A stretch of DNA of 64,000 nucleotides from Macrostomum lignano (lineage: Eukaryota), in contig NIVC01000667.1 of NCBI GenBank assembly GCA_002269645.1, forward strand, positions 62,001 through 126,000, read 5' to 3'. Shown one piece after another: positions 1 to 15,084 of the stretch. The translations under genes and the position numbers were made by a program. Numbering within the stretch: position 1 is the stretch's first letter; every line of letters starts with the position of its first letter. The notes below the pieces were generated by a model. The model saw only the letters and a list, made by a program, of their open reading frames with translations, was not told the origin of the DNA and ran no database searches.

Positions 1-469
1 GCCAATGCAAAAAAAGCAATTCATTCATTTTTCTATTTTTCACTACGACTAAGTGCTTTCTTCTTTGTTAGAGATCTCTGCAACAGAAAGTACATTTATG
101 AAACATGAATTGCTAATTGACCATTCCGAACTAAAACATCAAGCTATAATACTGATTTCATCAATAAAAACGATCAGAAGAGCAGCATGCATGTTAGTGT
201 GTAATGAGTTGCGGATTGCTCCGATCCAGTGCATCATGGCTCATCCTGCTTGCGATCTAAATAAGTAGGGAAACTTATTTTAAGAACCTTGAAGCTCTTA
301 ATAAATTTGATGCAGCAGGCTGTTAACGAGATTGAGCGGCTGTGGGAATCATTGCGGCTCTGTGACTTTACTTAATGTTTAGCCATAGCTTTACATTTAA
401 ATCTTTTCATTCCTTAAATCTATCAGGGCGCCGTTTCTATCTGCTCTATTCTCTATCTCGTTTGCATAT

Positions 470-1305
<836 letters not shown>

Positions 1306-1460
1306 TCACTTCAATCTCTTTTTTCTCTTTCACCCCTTACCCCTCTTTCTCTTCTCCCTGTCCCCTTCTATCTCCCACTTCCCTGTCTCCCTCCGTCTCC
1401 CTATCTCCTCTACTTCTCTCTCTCTCTCTCTGCCTCTCTCATCCGCTGTGGGCCTCTCCC

Positions 1461-2306
1461 TCAGCTGAGCGAACTGCTGGGCACACAGTAGGCCCAGTAC
1501 ACAATGTTAAACAAGCCAAACAAGCCCGGATAGAGGAACAAGCAGATGAAGTCCAGTCTCGATGGTGTCAATCTCCAATTAGACTTCTTCCGTTTGAACA
1601 ATTTAGCCAATGTCTCCCGAAGAATGGAGTCTTGCTGCAGCAATACCTGTTGTTGCAGTTGCTGCTGCTGCTGTTGCTGCTGCTGTTGCTGCTGCTGCTG
1701 ATGCAACTGCGGCAACTGCTGTTGCTGACTTCCCAGAAGCAGCGGCACATCCCTCGAAGCCGCTCTGGATCTCTTGGCCGCCAGAGCCTGCAGTTGTTTC
1801 CTTCGTCTCTCCTTCCTAATTCGCAACAGATTAATGACCATGTACTCCAGCAGGGACAGGTAGACGAACACGATGCAACCGATGTGCCAGATCCCCAGCG
1901 TGGTCACATAGGACACTCTGGGCAGCTTGGACTCCAGAGCCAGGCTCTGGGTGATCTGAGCCAAGAAGCAGACAGTCGACAAGGACACCCTTGCTGGTGG
2001 TGATTTATGATCAATAGCGAACGAGGACCAAGCCGCAAGGACAATGAAGGTCGACGGTAGATAGTTGTACAGTATGTAGTAGGAGTGCTTCCTCTTTAGC
2101 TGGAAGCTGGCGGACAGATAACTGAAGTTCCGCTGCGTCGCTTCTGAGTAGGCGTTGCCGCTGTCGAATGTCACCACGGGCGCGAAGAACTGGCTCAGCG
2201 AGGACGAGTCCTTGATTGACATGCTCTGATCGGCGAAGTGATCTGACCAGCTCAGCACCTGGTCTCCTGTGTGCATTTCAAATACACTGATGTCCATGTC
2301 GCATGC
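1461..2306 (-). CDS. Cys-loop channel exon 2, intact distal copy: end of ligand-binding domain and TM1-TM4, anion-selective type
   Basis: Acceptor ATTTTCAG|GCA at 2307/2306 restores the C-x13-C loop (DTQ|ACDM). TM1 [16 protein letters not shown]2 preceded by [12 protein letters not shown]3 LLEY, polyQ loop, TM4 [10 protein letters not shown]. Spliced product ~484 aa. Confidence 0.85.
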   Translation of the reverse strand, partial: ACDMDISVFEMHTGDQVLSWSDHFADQSMSIKDSSSLSQFFAPVVTFDSGNAYSEATQRNFSYLSASFQLKRKHSYYILYNYLPSTFIVLAAWSSFAIDHKSPPARVSLSTVCFLAQITQSLALESKLPRVSYVTTLGIWHIGCIVFVYLSLLEYMVINLLRIRKERRRKQLQALAAKRSRAASRDVPLLLGSQQQQLPQLHQQQQQQQQQQQQQQLQQQVLLQQDSILRETLAKLFKRKKSNWRLTPSRLDFICLFLYPGLFGLFNIVYWAYCVPSSSLS

Positions 2307-2334
2307 CTGAAAATGATGGGGTCGAATGTCTGCT

Positions 2335-2853
<519 letters not shown>

Positions 2854-2906
2854 AGTTTGCCTCTGTGCAGCCAGCCTGTCAGGCCCCACCCGCAGTCCCC
2901 AGCAGC

Positions 2907-2937
<31 letters not shown>

Positions 2938-3777
2938 GGCTGAGCCCAGCAGTTTGCCTCTGTGCAGCCAGCCTGTCAGGCCCCACCCGCAGGTCCCCAG
3001 CAGCTGGGCCAGCCCTGCTAAAATAGTGCGGAGTCAGAGAGCCTTGCTGCCCCACTGGCTGAGCCCAGCTAATGCAGCCAACCCAGCCGATCCGAAAAGC
3101 AATTCGATGCATTAAAATGCGCCAAAAATTATAATTCACTTTGTTTTAATGAGCCAATGCAAAAAAGCAATTCACTCATTTTTCTATTTTTCACTACGAC
3201 TAAGTGCTTTCTTCTTTGTTAGAGATCTCTGCAACAGAAAGTACATTTATGAAACATGAATTGCTAATTGACCATTCCGAACTAAAACATCAAGCTATAA
3301 TACTGATTTCATCAATAAAAACGATCAGAAGAGCAGCATGCATGTTAGTGTGTAATGAGTTGCGGATTGCTCCGATCCAGTGCATCATGGCTCATCCTGC
3401 TTGCGATCTAAATAAGTAGGGAAACTTATTTTAAGAACCTTGAAGCTCTTAATAAATTTGATGCAGCAGGCTGTTAACGAGATTGAGCGGCTGTGGGAAT
3501 CATTGCGGCTCTGTGACTTTACTTAATGTTTAGCCATAGCTTTACATTTAAATCTTTTCATTTTTTAAATCTATCGGGGCACCGTTTCTATCTGCTCTAA
3601 TCTCTATCTCGCTTGCATATATCTCCCTCTCCCTCTCCCCCTCTCTCTCTCCCTCTCTCTCTCTCTCTCCCTCTCTCTCCCTCTCTCTCCCCCCTCTCTC
3701 TCTCTCTCTCCCCCTCTCTCTCTCTCTCTCTCCCCTCCCTCTCTCTCTCTCCCCCCCTCTCTCTCTCTCTCTCCCCC

Positions 3778-3809
<32 letters not shown>

Positions 3810-3970
3810 CCTTTCTCACTTCAATCTCTTTTTTCTCTTTCACCCCTTACCCCTCTTTCTCTTCTCCCTGTCCCCTTCTATCTCCCACTTCCCTGTCTCC
3901 CTCCGTCTCCCTATCTCCTCTACTTCTCTCTCTCTCTCTCTGCCTCTCTCATCCGCTGTGGGCCTCTCCC

Positions 3971-4781
3971 TCAGCTGAGCGAACTGCTGGGCACACAGTA
4001 GGCCCAGTACACAATGTTAAACAAGCCAAACAAGCCCGGATAGAGGAACAAGCAGATGAAGTCCAGTCTCGATGGTGTCAATCTCCAATTAGACTTCTTC
4101 CGTTTGAACAATTTAGCCAATGTCTCCCGAAGAATGGAGTCTTGCTGCAGCAATACCTGTTGTTGCAGTTGCTGCTGCTGCTGCTGCTGTTGCTGCTGCT
4201 GTTGCTGCTGCTGCTGATGCAACTGCGGCAACTGCTGTTGCTGACTTCCCAGAAGCAGCGGCACATCCCTCGAAGCCGCTCTGGATCTCTTGGCCGCCAG
4301 AGCCTGCAGTTGTTTCCTTCGTCTCTCCTTCCTAATTCGCAACAGATTAATGACCATGTACTCCAGCAGGGACAGGTAGACGAACACGATGCAGCCGATG
4401 TGCCAGATCCCCAGCGTGGTCACATAGGACACTCTGGGCAGTTTGGACTCCAGAGCCAGGCTCTAGGTAATCTGAGCCAAGAAGCAGACAGTCGACAAGG
4501 ACACCCTTGCTGGTGGTGATTTATGATCAATAGCGAACGAGGACCAAGCCGCAAGGACAATGAAGGTCGACGGTAGATAGTTGTACAGTATGTAGTAGGA
4601 GTGCTTCCTCTTTAGCTTCTGAGTAGGCGTTGCCGCTGTCGAATGTCACCACGGGCGCGAAGAACTGGCTCAGCGAGGACGAGTCCTTGATTGACATGCT
4701 CTGATCGGCGAAGTGATCTGACCAGCTCAGCACCTGGTCTCCTGTGTGCATTTCAAATACACTGATGTCCATGTCGCATGC
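3971..4781 (-). pseudogene. Frameshifted proximal duplicate of Cys-loop channel exon 2
   Basis: Near-identical to 1461..2306 but lacks the 41 nt equivalent to 2101..2141 (3-nt AGC microhomology at the break), giving [12 protein letters not shown]...RY*. The polyQ tract is 2 codons longer. Confidence 0.8.
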
Positions 4782-4809
4782 CTGAAAATGATGGGGTCGA
4801 ATGTCTGCT

Positions 4810-5429
<620 letters not shown>

Positions 5430-5457
5430 TCAATCCCGACACCCAAAAGTCGCACAC

Positions 5458-6066
5458 CTGAGTGTCGAAGGGAAAACGGCGGACATCCATGTGACAGTGG
5501 AAGCGCAGGTTGAGCTTCTGGTTGTACTGCAGGGTGCCGTTGGGCCACAGCCACAACAGGAAGTTCCTGGACGGCAGGTCGTGTCTGAGAACGTCTTTGG
5601 CATTCTTAAAGAACACGCCGGGCTTCCAGACGGACTCGGCGATCTGGCTGAGCACGAGGACAGCGGAGTGACCGGTGTAGCGCAGCCTGGGATCCGTCCA
5701 TCGCATCAGCAGCACCAGCTCTATGGCGAACTCCATGTTGATCATGTTCACCGGACCGAAGCTGTCAATCTTCAGGCTCACCTGCACCCGAGTCGGGCCG
5801 CCATCAGGCTGCGGAACCGGACGAAACAGGTTGTCATAGCGACGAGGATTGACCAGTTGGCTGACGAAATCCGTCAGGCTCATGTTGCCGAGTTTGTGCA
5901 ACGGCTGCTGCCGATGCGACTCCGGAGCCGCCGACGGTTGCCAGGTAGTTGCTATGGGAGTCGACCATGTTGATTCCGAGCCACCCTGAGCAGCATGAAC
6001 TGCTGTCAGAAACTTTGAAGTGTTGATTAAGAGGAGCAGCAGTGAGTATTGAAGTTTTGAAGACAT
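5458..6066 (-). CDS. Cys-loop (pentameric) ligand-gated ion channel, exon 1: signal peptide and N-terminal ligand-binding domain
   Basis: ATG at 6066 (the ORF track starts at an upstream GTG). Signal peptide [16 protein letters not shown]; motifs YDNLFRP, WTDPRL, WKPGVFF, NGTLQY and Cys-loop [13 protein letters not shown]. Phase-0 donor CAG|GTGTGC at 5458/5457; 609 nt = 203 codons. Confidence 0.88.
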
Positions 6067-6414
6067 TTTTAGCTTTCTTTGGGGCAAAACAGGGACAGAA
6101 TGAGCCAGACCCACTTTTATACGTGTCTTGAAAACTTGTGAGGTTAATTAACTGACTTACCTGTGAGGCTTAATAACACAATTATGCTAATTAGTACAGG
6201 TAAGTACCCGAAATAGGATTGCAGAAACTGCCACTAAAATAAAGTTAACTGAGGTGTAATAGAAATACAATTTGTTTGCTGCAAGGTGCCTTACTGTTGA
6301 ACTGTCTATTCGAATGGTTAATTAACACCTGGACTGTTTATTCGACAGTGAATAACTTCCTGTTATGCTGGTCGGGTAGAAGTGACCGAATTAATTTTCA
6401 TTTCGAAGATTGAG

Positions 6415-6760
6415 CTGCTCAGACCCCAGTGTGAGGAGGGACTCAGACCCAAGGGACTCAGACCCAAGGGACTCAGACCCAAGGGACTCAGACCCAAGGG
6501 ACTCAGACCCAAGGGACTCAGACCCAAGGGACTCAGACCCAAGGGACTCAGACCCAAGGGACTCAGACCCAAGGGACTCAGACCCAAGGGACTCAGACCC
6601 AAGGGACTCAGACCCAAGGGACTCAGACCCAAGGGACTCAGACCCCAGGGACTCAAACCCCACTCAGACCCTTAGTATGAAAAGGGACTCAAAACCCACT
6701 CAGACCCTTAGTATGAAGAGGGACTCAGACCCCAGTGTGGAGAGGGACTCAAACTGGGGG
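6415..6760. repeat. 15-bp minisatellite AAGGGACTCAGACCC
   Basis: About 15 near-perfect tandem units plus degenerate ends. Confidence 0.95.
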
Positions 6761-7127
6761 TGCGAGCAGACTGACTAATAAGCGAGAAAAAAATGTCCCA
6801 AACTAAGTTGGCGCCATTAGCTAATGGGACACTGCAAAGCCAAAGAAAGTCTGGGTCCAACAGTCAAAGAGCATATGCTAGTATAACAAAAGCAGATTTT
6901 AGGAAAGCAGATCCGACATCAAAAGGCCGTCTCGATTTCCTGTGATGGTGTGACTAGCTGGCAAAATTAAGGAATAGATGGAGTGGGATTTTAGAACACA
7001 AGAAAGACAGCACGGATTTCGGCAGGAATTTTCAGCCTTTGCACTATTTTAGACAGTTCCTGACTGAGCAAACAGAATCCGGCATCTATTTATATACTTC
7101 TAGTTTTGCTTCTGTAACTGGATCTGT

Positions 7128-7335
<208 letters not shown>

Positions 7336-7637
7336 ATATCTATAACTCAATACATGTGCATCTAGATACTACAACCAAGACCATGAGATGTGGTTAGGCA
7401 GCTCACAGTTCCCACCTTATCAGACCTCAGCAGCAGTCCAAGCTGCATCCGCGTCCCCAGCTCTGTTGACAATGTCTTATCTATGCCACCGCAGCGGAGG
7501 TCTCCCAACCTTCACCCCGATAAAAGCCAGAAATCAAATATAGGAGCCTTGATTAGCCAAGCAGCGATAAAATACACCGCCTGCCTGCTTTCAGAAGTCA
7601 GCAGGTTGAGCACAGCCTGAGATCAGCCCCAATCAAC

Positions 7638-8852
7638 ATGCCCCGTCTCAGCAGTTCAAGCGCTTTCTTCGACGACCTCTCGTGGCACTTCACGGCCGAG
7701 TCGCTGTTTCTGCCGGACGATGACCTGTCGGACGAGCTGGCATGCCTGAGCAGCAATAACAGCTTCGACAACATCGATAGGCCCATGGTCTATCAGGCTA
7801 TTGTCCTTGTGTTGACCCCGCTCGTAGCCTGTCTCAGCATCTTGGCTGAGCTAGTGCTGCTGCTAATACTGTTGAGACTGCTCAAAACTACTGGCTTATT
7901 GTTCTACATGCTGCTGGGGATGAAGGCTGGCACAGATCTGCTCATGCTCAGCCTGTGGTTGGTGTCCGACCTTCTGGACTCGTGCCCGTACGTCTGCCCG
8001 TTCTCCACGGGTCTGCAGCTGTTCCGCTACAAGTCGGTGTTCTACGCCAGGATCTACTATCCGCTGGCCAACGCCTGCAGCGCGGCGAGCACCTACCTGC
8101 TGCTGGGTGTCACCCTGCTCTGGTGCGTGGTGGTGCACAGGAGCAGCCAGCACTGCCGGTGCCGCATCAAGTGCAGCTGGAGCTTCATCATAGGAGCTCT
8201 GGCCGCTTGGCTACTGGCTCTGGGCGTTAATCTGCCGCGTAGTTTCTGTCTAGTCTATCGTTGCTATGGCAACCAGCTGACTCCGGTGAGCGCGGCGGAC
8301 TGGTGCCACAATGTGTACCGGTGGCTGGCGCTGAGCCTGATGCAGATCGGCCCCCTGCTGGGCCTGCTCTGTCTGAGCTGCTACCTGCTGCACCGAATGC
8401 TTCGGTTGGCCAGACGCTCCAACAGAGCGCTCTATCGTTACCATAGCAACGCATGTCATAGAAACAAAAACAAACAACGCCGTCGTCATAGCAACCGCCG
8501 CACTCGTTGCATCCTGATGATGAACGCGTGCTTCCTAGTTGGCCAAGTCCCGGCATTTCTGGTGCACCCGGACTCCAGCCAGGCCGACCTGATCGAGCGG
8601 GAGCTGTCAGCATCCGCCCGGGTGGTCATCGCCAGCCTCATCAACTGCTTGGAGGCGCTGAGCTACACTGCAAACCTGCTAGTGCTGGCCAAGTGCGATT
8701 CCAGGTTCAAGGAGCTCACAAACTCAGCAGCCGCCTGCTTCAAGAAGTTTTGCCGGCCTCAGCCGGAGCGATGCAGCGGCCTCGAAACCACCAGCTGGAG
8801 CAGGGAGGCTGCGACAGTGCAATGTCAGGATGCTGTCAAGACTGTCACATAA
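7638..8852 (+). CDS. Intronless divergent rhodopsin-like (class A) GPCR, peptide-receptor/orphan type
   Basis: 404-aa ORF with seven hydrophobic segments. TM2 GTDLL, TM3 YPLANACSAASTYL, TM4 NLP, TM5 IGPLL, basic ICL3, TM6 FLVGQVP, TM7 LEALSYTANL and helix-8 SRFK match the pattern of FMRFamide-receptor-like families. Confidence 0.82.
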   Translation: MPRLSSSSAFFDDLSWHFTAESLFLPDDDLSDELACLSSNNSFDNIDRPMVYQAIVLVLTPLVACLSILAELVLLLILLRLLKTTGLLFYMLLGMKAGTDLLMLSLWLVSDLLDSCPYVCPFSTGLQLFRYKSVFYARIYYPLANACSAASTYLLLGVTLLWCVVVHRSSQHCRCRIKCSWSFIIGALAAWLLALGVNLPRSFCLVYRCYGNQLTPVSAADWCHNVYRWLALSLMQIGPLLGLLCLSCYLLHRMLRLARRSNRALYRYHSNACHRNKNKQRRRHSNRRTRCILMMNACFLVGQVPAFLVHPDSSQADLIERELSASARVVIASLINCLEALSYTANLLVLAKCDSRFKELTNSAAACFKKFCRPQPERCSGLETTSWSREAATVQCQDAVKTVT

Positions 8853-8979
8853 TTTTTCATTTAACACGGGACTTTGACGCTTCTGGACTTTGTAACTAAC
8901 CTGATAATCAAATGTGATGCCATTAATAAGACCTGTAAGTCATACATGTATAGTCATTACATAAAGATTACATCTTAAT

Positions 8980-9420
8980 AATCACCTGTGACGGACTCCA
9001 TCTTGAAAATCACCTGTGACGGACTCCTTATTCAGAATCACCTGTCACTGACTCCATCTTCAGAATCACCTGTCACTGACTCCATCTTCAGAATCACCTG
9101 TCACTGACTCCATCTTCAGAATCACCTGTGACGAACTCCATATTCAGAATCCCCTGTGACTGACTCCATCTTGAGAATCACCTGTGACGAACTCCATATT
9201 CAGAATCCCCTGTGACTGACTCCATCTTGAGAATCATCTGTGACGGACTCCATATTCAGAATCACCTGTGACTGACTCCATCTTGAGAATCACCTGTGAC
9301 GGACTCCATATTCAGAATCACCTGTGACTGACTCCATCTTGAGAATCACCTGTGACTGACTCCATCTTCAGAATCACCTGTCACTGACTCCATCGTCAAA
9401 ATCACCTGTCACTGACTCAC
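8980..9420. repeat. 28-bp minisatellite CAGAATCACCTGTSACTGACTCCATCTT
   Basis: Period 28, with units at 9061, 9089 and 9117. Confidence 0.92.
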
Positions 9421-9582
9421 TTTCAGCCGTCACGGATGAAAAATATATTTTGATTAGCAAAAAAATTATTCACCATTTTAACTGAAAAAAGGCACAGCAT
9501 AAGACATCGCTTGACAGGGCAAATCGCTTTTTGTTTTTTTTCTGTAGTTTCAGTTGAATGCAATCTTGGCTGCGTCCCTCTA

Positions 9583-10945
9583 TTCTGTGTCACTCTCTTT
9601 TGTGTCACTCTCTGTGTCACTCTCTTCTGTGTCACTCTCTTCTGTGTCACTCTCTTTTGTGTCACTCTCTTCTGTGTCACTCTCTTCTGTGTCACTCTCT
9701 GTGTCACTCTCTTCTGTGTCACTCTCTTCTGTGTCACTCTCTTCTGTGTCACTCTCTCCTGTATCACTCTCTTCTGTGTCACTCTCTTCTGTGTCACTCT
9801 CTTCTGTGTCACTCTCTTGTGTCACTCTCTTCTGTGTCACTCTCTTCTGTGTCACTCTCTTTTGTGTCACTCTCTTCTGTGTCACTCTCGTCTGTGTCAC
9901 TCTCTCCTGTATCACTCTCTTCTGTGTCACTCTCTTCTGTGTCACTCTCTTCTGTGTCACTCTCTGTGTCACTCTCTTCTGTGTCACTCTCTTCTGTGTC
10001 ACTCTCTTCTGTGTCACTCTCTGTGTCACTCTCTTCTGTGTCACTCTCTTCTGTGTCACTCTCTGTGTCACTCTCTTTTGTGTCACTCTCTCCCGTGTCA
10101 CTCTCTTTTGTGTCACTCTCTTCTGTGTCACTCTCTTCTGTGTCACTCTCTTTTGTGTCACTCTCTTCTGTGTCACTCTCTGTGTCACTCTCTTCTGTGT
10201 CACTCTCTTGTGTGTCACTCTCTGTGTCACTCTCTTCTGTGTCACTCTCTTCTGTGTCACTCTCTTCTGTGTCACTCTCTTCTGTGTCATTCTCTTCTGT
10301 GTCACTCTCTTCTGTGTCACTCTCTGTGTCACTCTCTTCTGTGTCACTCTCTTCTGTGTCACTCTCTGTGTCACTCTCTTTTGTGTCACTCTCTCCCGTG
10401 TCACTCTCTTTTGTGTCACTCTCTTCTGTGTCACTCTCTCCCGTGTCACTCTCTTTTGTGTCACTCTCTTGTGTGTCACTCTCTGTGTCACTCTCTTCTG
10501 TGTCACTCTCTTTTGTGTCACTCTCTTCTGTGTCACTCTCTTCTGTGTCACTCTCTGTGTCACTCTCTTCTGTGTCACTCTCTTCTGTGTCACTCTCTGT
10601 GTCACTCTCTTTTGTGTCACTCTCTCCCGTGTCACTCTCTTTTGTGTCACTCTCTTCTGTGTCACTCTCTCCCGTGTCACTCTCTTTTGTGTCACTCTCT
10701 TCTGTGTCACTCTCTTCTGTGTCACTCTCTTTTGTGTCACTCTCTTCTGTGTCACTCTCTTGTGTCACTCTCTTCTGTGTCACTCTCTTCTGTGTCACTC
10801 TCTTCTGTGTCACTCTCTGTGTCACTCTCTTCTGTGTCACTCTCTTTTGTGTCACTCTCTTCTGTGTCACTCTCTTCTGTGTCACTCTCTTCTGTGTCAC
10901 TCTCTTCAGTGCCACTTTTGTGTCACTCTATATTTTGTCACTCTA
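9583..10945. repeat. 15-bp minisatellite TGTGTCACTCTCTTC with 12-bp variants
   Basis: Direct inspection; source of all the VTLFC/CHSLL/TQKRV ORFs. Confidence 0.95.
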
Positions 10946-11251
10946 ATCCAGTTTGCCCGTATTCTACGTGTCATATCCATTCCGAGTGAAAAGTTGTCTA
11001 TTGACTACTTGCAAGAGTAGAAATTTGCGAATTATGCAAATTTGCACTAAAAACTAAGATTCTATTCTAAGTAGCTCGTACGAGAATTTCTCCTGGCTAA
11101 CAGATAATTCCGTATACTAAAGGGATTAAACTTTCGGGGAAACGTGATTTTTGTGTGGTCTTAAAAAGGTCAGCCTTTAAATAATTTTCGGACCACCCTG
11201 CAGAAGTCACGCGATCAATTTCAAGTCACATCCTGTATACTAAAAATGAGT

Positions 11252-11288
<37 letters not shown>

Positions 11289-11459
11289 ATAATTTTTTAT
11301 GCTATTTGCTAACAGACAGATTGATAACAATCAGCTGAAGGTTGCGAGTTCGAACATCTTTTGCAACAAACTGGACAAAATATGGTTGAGCCATTTAGCT
11401 TGTAATATTGTTTCCCTCAAACATATACAAAGGTTGAATAGATTTAGAGCAATTTAGGT

Positions 11460-12075
11460 TAAGAAGTAGATAGAGATACAACAGTAGAAATGAGAAGTAG
11501 ATAGAGATACAACAGTAGAGATGAGAAGTAGATAGAGATAAAACAGTAGAGATGAGAATTAGATAGAGATACAACAGTAGAGATGAGAAGTAGATAGAGA
11601 TAAAACAGTAGAGATGAGAAGTAGATAGAGATAAAACAGTAGAGATGAGAAGTAGATAGAGATAAAACAGTAGAGATGAGAATTAGATAGAGATACAACA
11701 GTAGAGATGAGAATTAGATAGAGATACAACAGTAGAGATGAGAATTAGATAGAGATAAAACAGTAGAGATGAGAATTAGATAGAGATACAGCAGTAGAGA
11801 TGAGAATTAGATAGAGATACAACAGTAGAGATGAGAATTAGATAGAGATACAACAGTAGAGATGAGAAGTAGATAGAGATACAGCAGTAGAGATGAGAAG
11901 TAGATAGAGATACAGCAGTAGAGGTGAGAAGTATATAGAGATACAGCAGTAGAGATGAGAAGTAGATAGAGATACAGCAGTGGAAATGAGAAGTAGATAG
12001 AGATACAGCAGTAGAGATGAGAAGTAGATAGAGATACAACAGTAGATAAGAAGTAGATAGAGATGCAGCAGTGAA
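11460..12075. repeat. 31-bp minisatellite AGTAGATAGAGATACAACAGTAGAGATGAGA
   Basis: Direct inspection. Confidence 0.93.
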
Positions 12076-12128
12076 ATCTCAGTATTAAATAGTTCAACAT
12101 TTAACACTGATATAAGCAGCTTATAACA

Positions 12129-13739
12129 TCATTTTGCAGATACGCAAAATTGTCTTTCCAACTTTAAAGTACATCCAGCTTTCTTCGAAAGGATGCCAAG
12201 CAGCAGCAATGTCAGGGAGCAAAGTTTCACGCCTCCTGCTGAGGATAATGGCCCAATGATGCTGCTTGGGATTTCCTACATGTATGTGCGTGAGCAGCCA
12301 ATTTCCCAGGGTATACGGGGGGTGGGGCTGGGCGCTCATCCCCTTCCGCAGCAGCGCGAGGCCACTTACACTCGGAATATCTCCCAGGACGCCTGAGGGG
12401 GGTGGCGCTTCACTGAAGTCAGGGAGACACGCATCCAACCCAGCATGTTCCGTCCGGCCCTAAGGGCAGCGGCGGTTGTGGCAAAAAAGACACCCAACCA
12501 TCATATCATGCAGCTTTTTCCCCTTCAGACGAGTCTTTTCCCCAACTTAACACTGTTGCTAGGCAAAAAGTGGCTAGTGAAACAGCTGCCAGCGCTCTCG
12601 GCAGATAGACGAAGTCCTTCATAGCTGCAGCTGGAAATTTTTGCTGCCATGCAGTTGGAATGTTAGAAGCAGAGAGCTGAACATTTTGAGGAAAATTTAC
12701 TTAACAAAAAGTGCATATGATGGTTAGAGATTGTTCTAAGAGCTACTTTTCTGTAGCTGAAGTAGCTTATAACGGTAACTGTTAGACAGGGTAGTGTTAG
12801 ACCCCTGTTAGATAGGGTAGTGTTAGACACCTGTTAGACAGGGTAGTGTTAGACACCTGTTAGACAGGGTAGTGTTAGACACCTGTTAGACAGGGTAGTG
12901 TTAGACACCTGTTAGACAGGGTAGTGTTAGACACCTGTTAGACAGGGTAGTGTTAGACACCTGTTAGACAGGGTAGTGTTAGACACCTGTTAGACAGGGT
13001 AGTGTTAGACACCTGTTGCTGTTAGACAGTGTCACACACCTGTTAGACAGGACAGTGTCACACACCTGTTAGACAGGACAGTGTCACACACCTGTTAGAC
13101 AGGACAGTGTCACACACCTGTTAGACAGGACAGTGTCACACACCTGTTAGACAGGACAGTGTCACACACCTGTTAGACAGGACAGTGTCTCACACCTGTT
13201 AGACAGGACAGTGTCACACACCTGTTAGACAGGACAGTGTCACACACCTGTTAGACAGGACAGTGTCTCACACCTGTTAGACAGGACAGTGTCACACACC
13301 TGTTAGACAGGACAGTGTCTCACACCTGTTAGACAGGACAGTGTCACACACCTGTTAGACAGGACAGTGTCACACACCTGTTAGACAGGACAGTGTCACA
13401 CACCTGTTAGACAGGACAGTGTCACACACCTGTTAGACAGGACAGTGTCACACACCTGTTAGACAGGACAGTGTCACACACCTGTTAGACAGGACAGTGT
13501 CACACACCTGTTAGACAGGACAGTGTCACACACCTGTTAGGTACGAGTACATAACACAACTCCATGTCGCCACTCAGACCCAATACTGTTGCAACCCAGT
13601 CAAGAAATCTTCCTTGTGACATTGCGGCAATCGGCAATAAAAATGGCAGTAGTGAAAAATCTTTATTTTACCTGGCAACCTGCAGAGCTCAGTGGCCCCG
13701 CCCCCAGTCGCCAGCCAACTCAAATACGACGGCGAATAT
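12129..13739 (-). CDS. Candidate 3' part of a spliced gene of unknown function with a hydrophobic C-terminal segment
   Basis: Putative exons 13739..13672, 13612..13534, 12630..12552, 12459..12370 and 12275..12129 have GT-AG introns of 59, 903, 92 and 94 nt. Phases are concordant and the frame is open: [34 protein letters not shown]...[15 protein letters not shown]...AK*. No family recognised and no start found. Confidence 0.42.
12778..13540. repeat. 26-bp minisatellite in two variant blocks (ACCTGTTAGACAGGGTAGTGTTAGAC, then ACCTGTTAGACAGGACAGTGTCACAC)
   Basis: Direct inspection; the variant switch is at ~13020. Confidence 0.95.
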
Positions 13740-13952
13740 CTGCGAAATGAAAAGCAAATTTCTGCCAGCATAAAAAAGCCCCGAGAGAAAAGTCAAGAAA
13801 GCAAACCGCTCTAAAAAAGAAAATGACTGTGTTTGTCCCATGGAGGGGGGAGGAGCTGGTTGAGTCAAGGAGGCCTCAGAAAATATTTTGGATTGACAAC
13901 TCTTTCCCACAGTCTCGTCAGACTGTTGTGAGGCACATGTGGCATGCGCACC

Positions 13953-14850
<898 letters not shown>

Positions 14851-15084
14851 AGGGTTCGTAAATGAAAGTTGGCAATCCAGATAATAAACGGAGGGCTCCT
14901 TGGCCTTGCCTTACGTTCCAGTGACCCCATGCTGTGACTCCCTCAGCCTAGAGATAAAATTTCTTCACCTCCAGTCAGAATCGACCCGCATTCGATAGCA
15001 AATGGAAAACTTCTGACTTGTGTAGACAGAGAGGTCAGGGACACCTTAAGATAGACATCTGGGCTTGAACAACGCCCTACTCAA

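Noticed and set aside
53-268. 71-aa ORF and its copy at 3204..3419
   Set aside because: Non-ATG start, no coding signal, and it lies in the duplicated 3' flank on the opposite strand.
11346-11355. tRNA B-box-like GAGTTCGAAC
   Set aside because: No A-box or cloverleaf around it.
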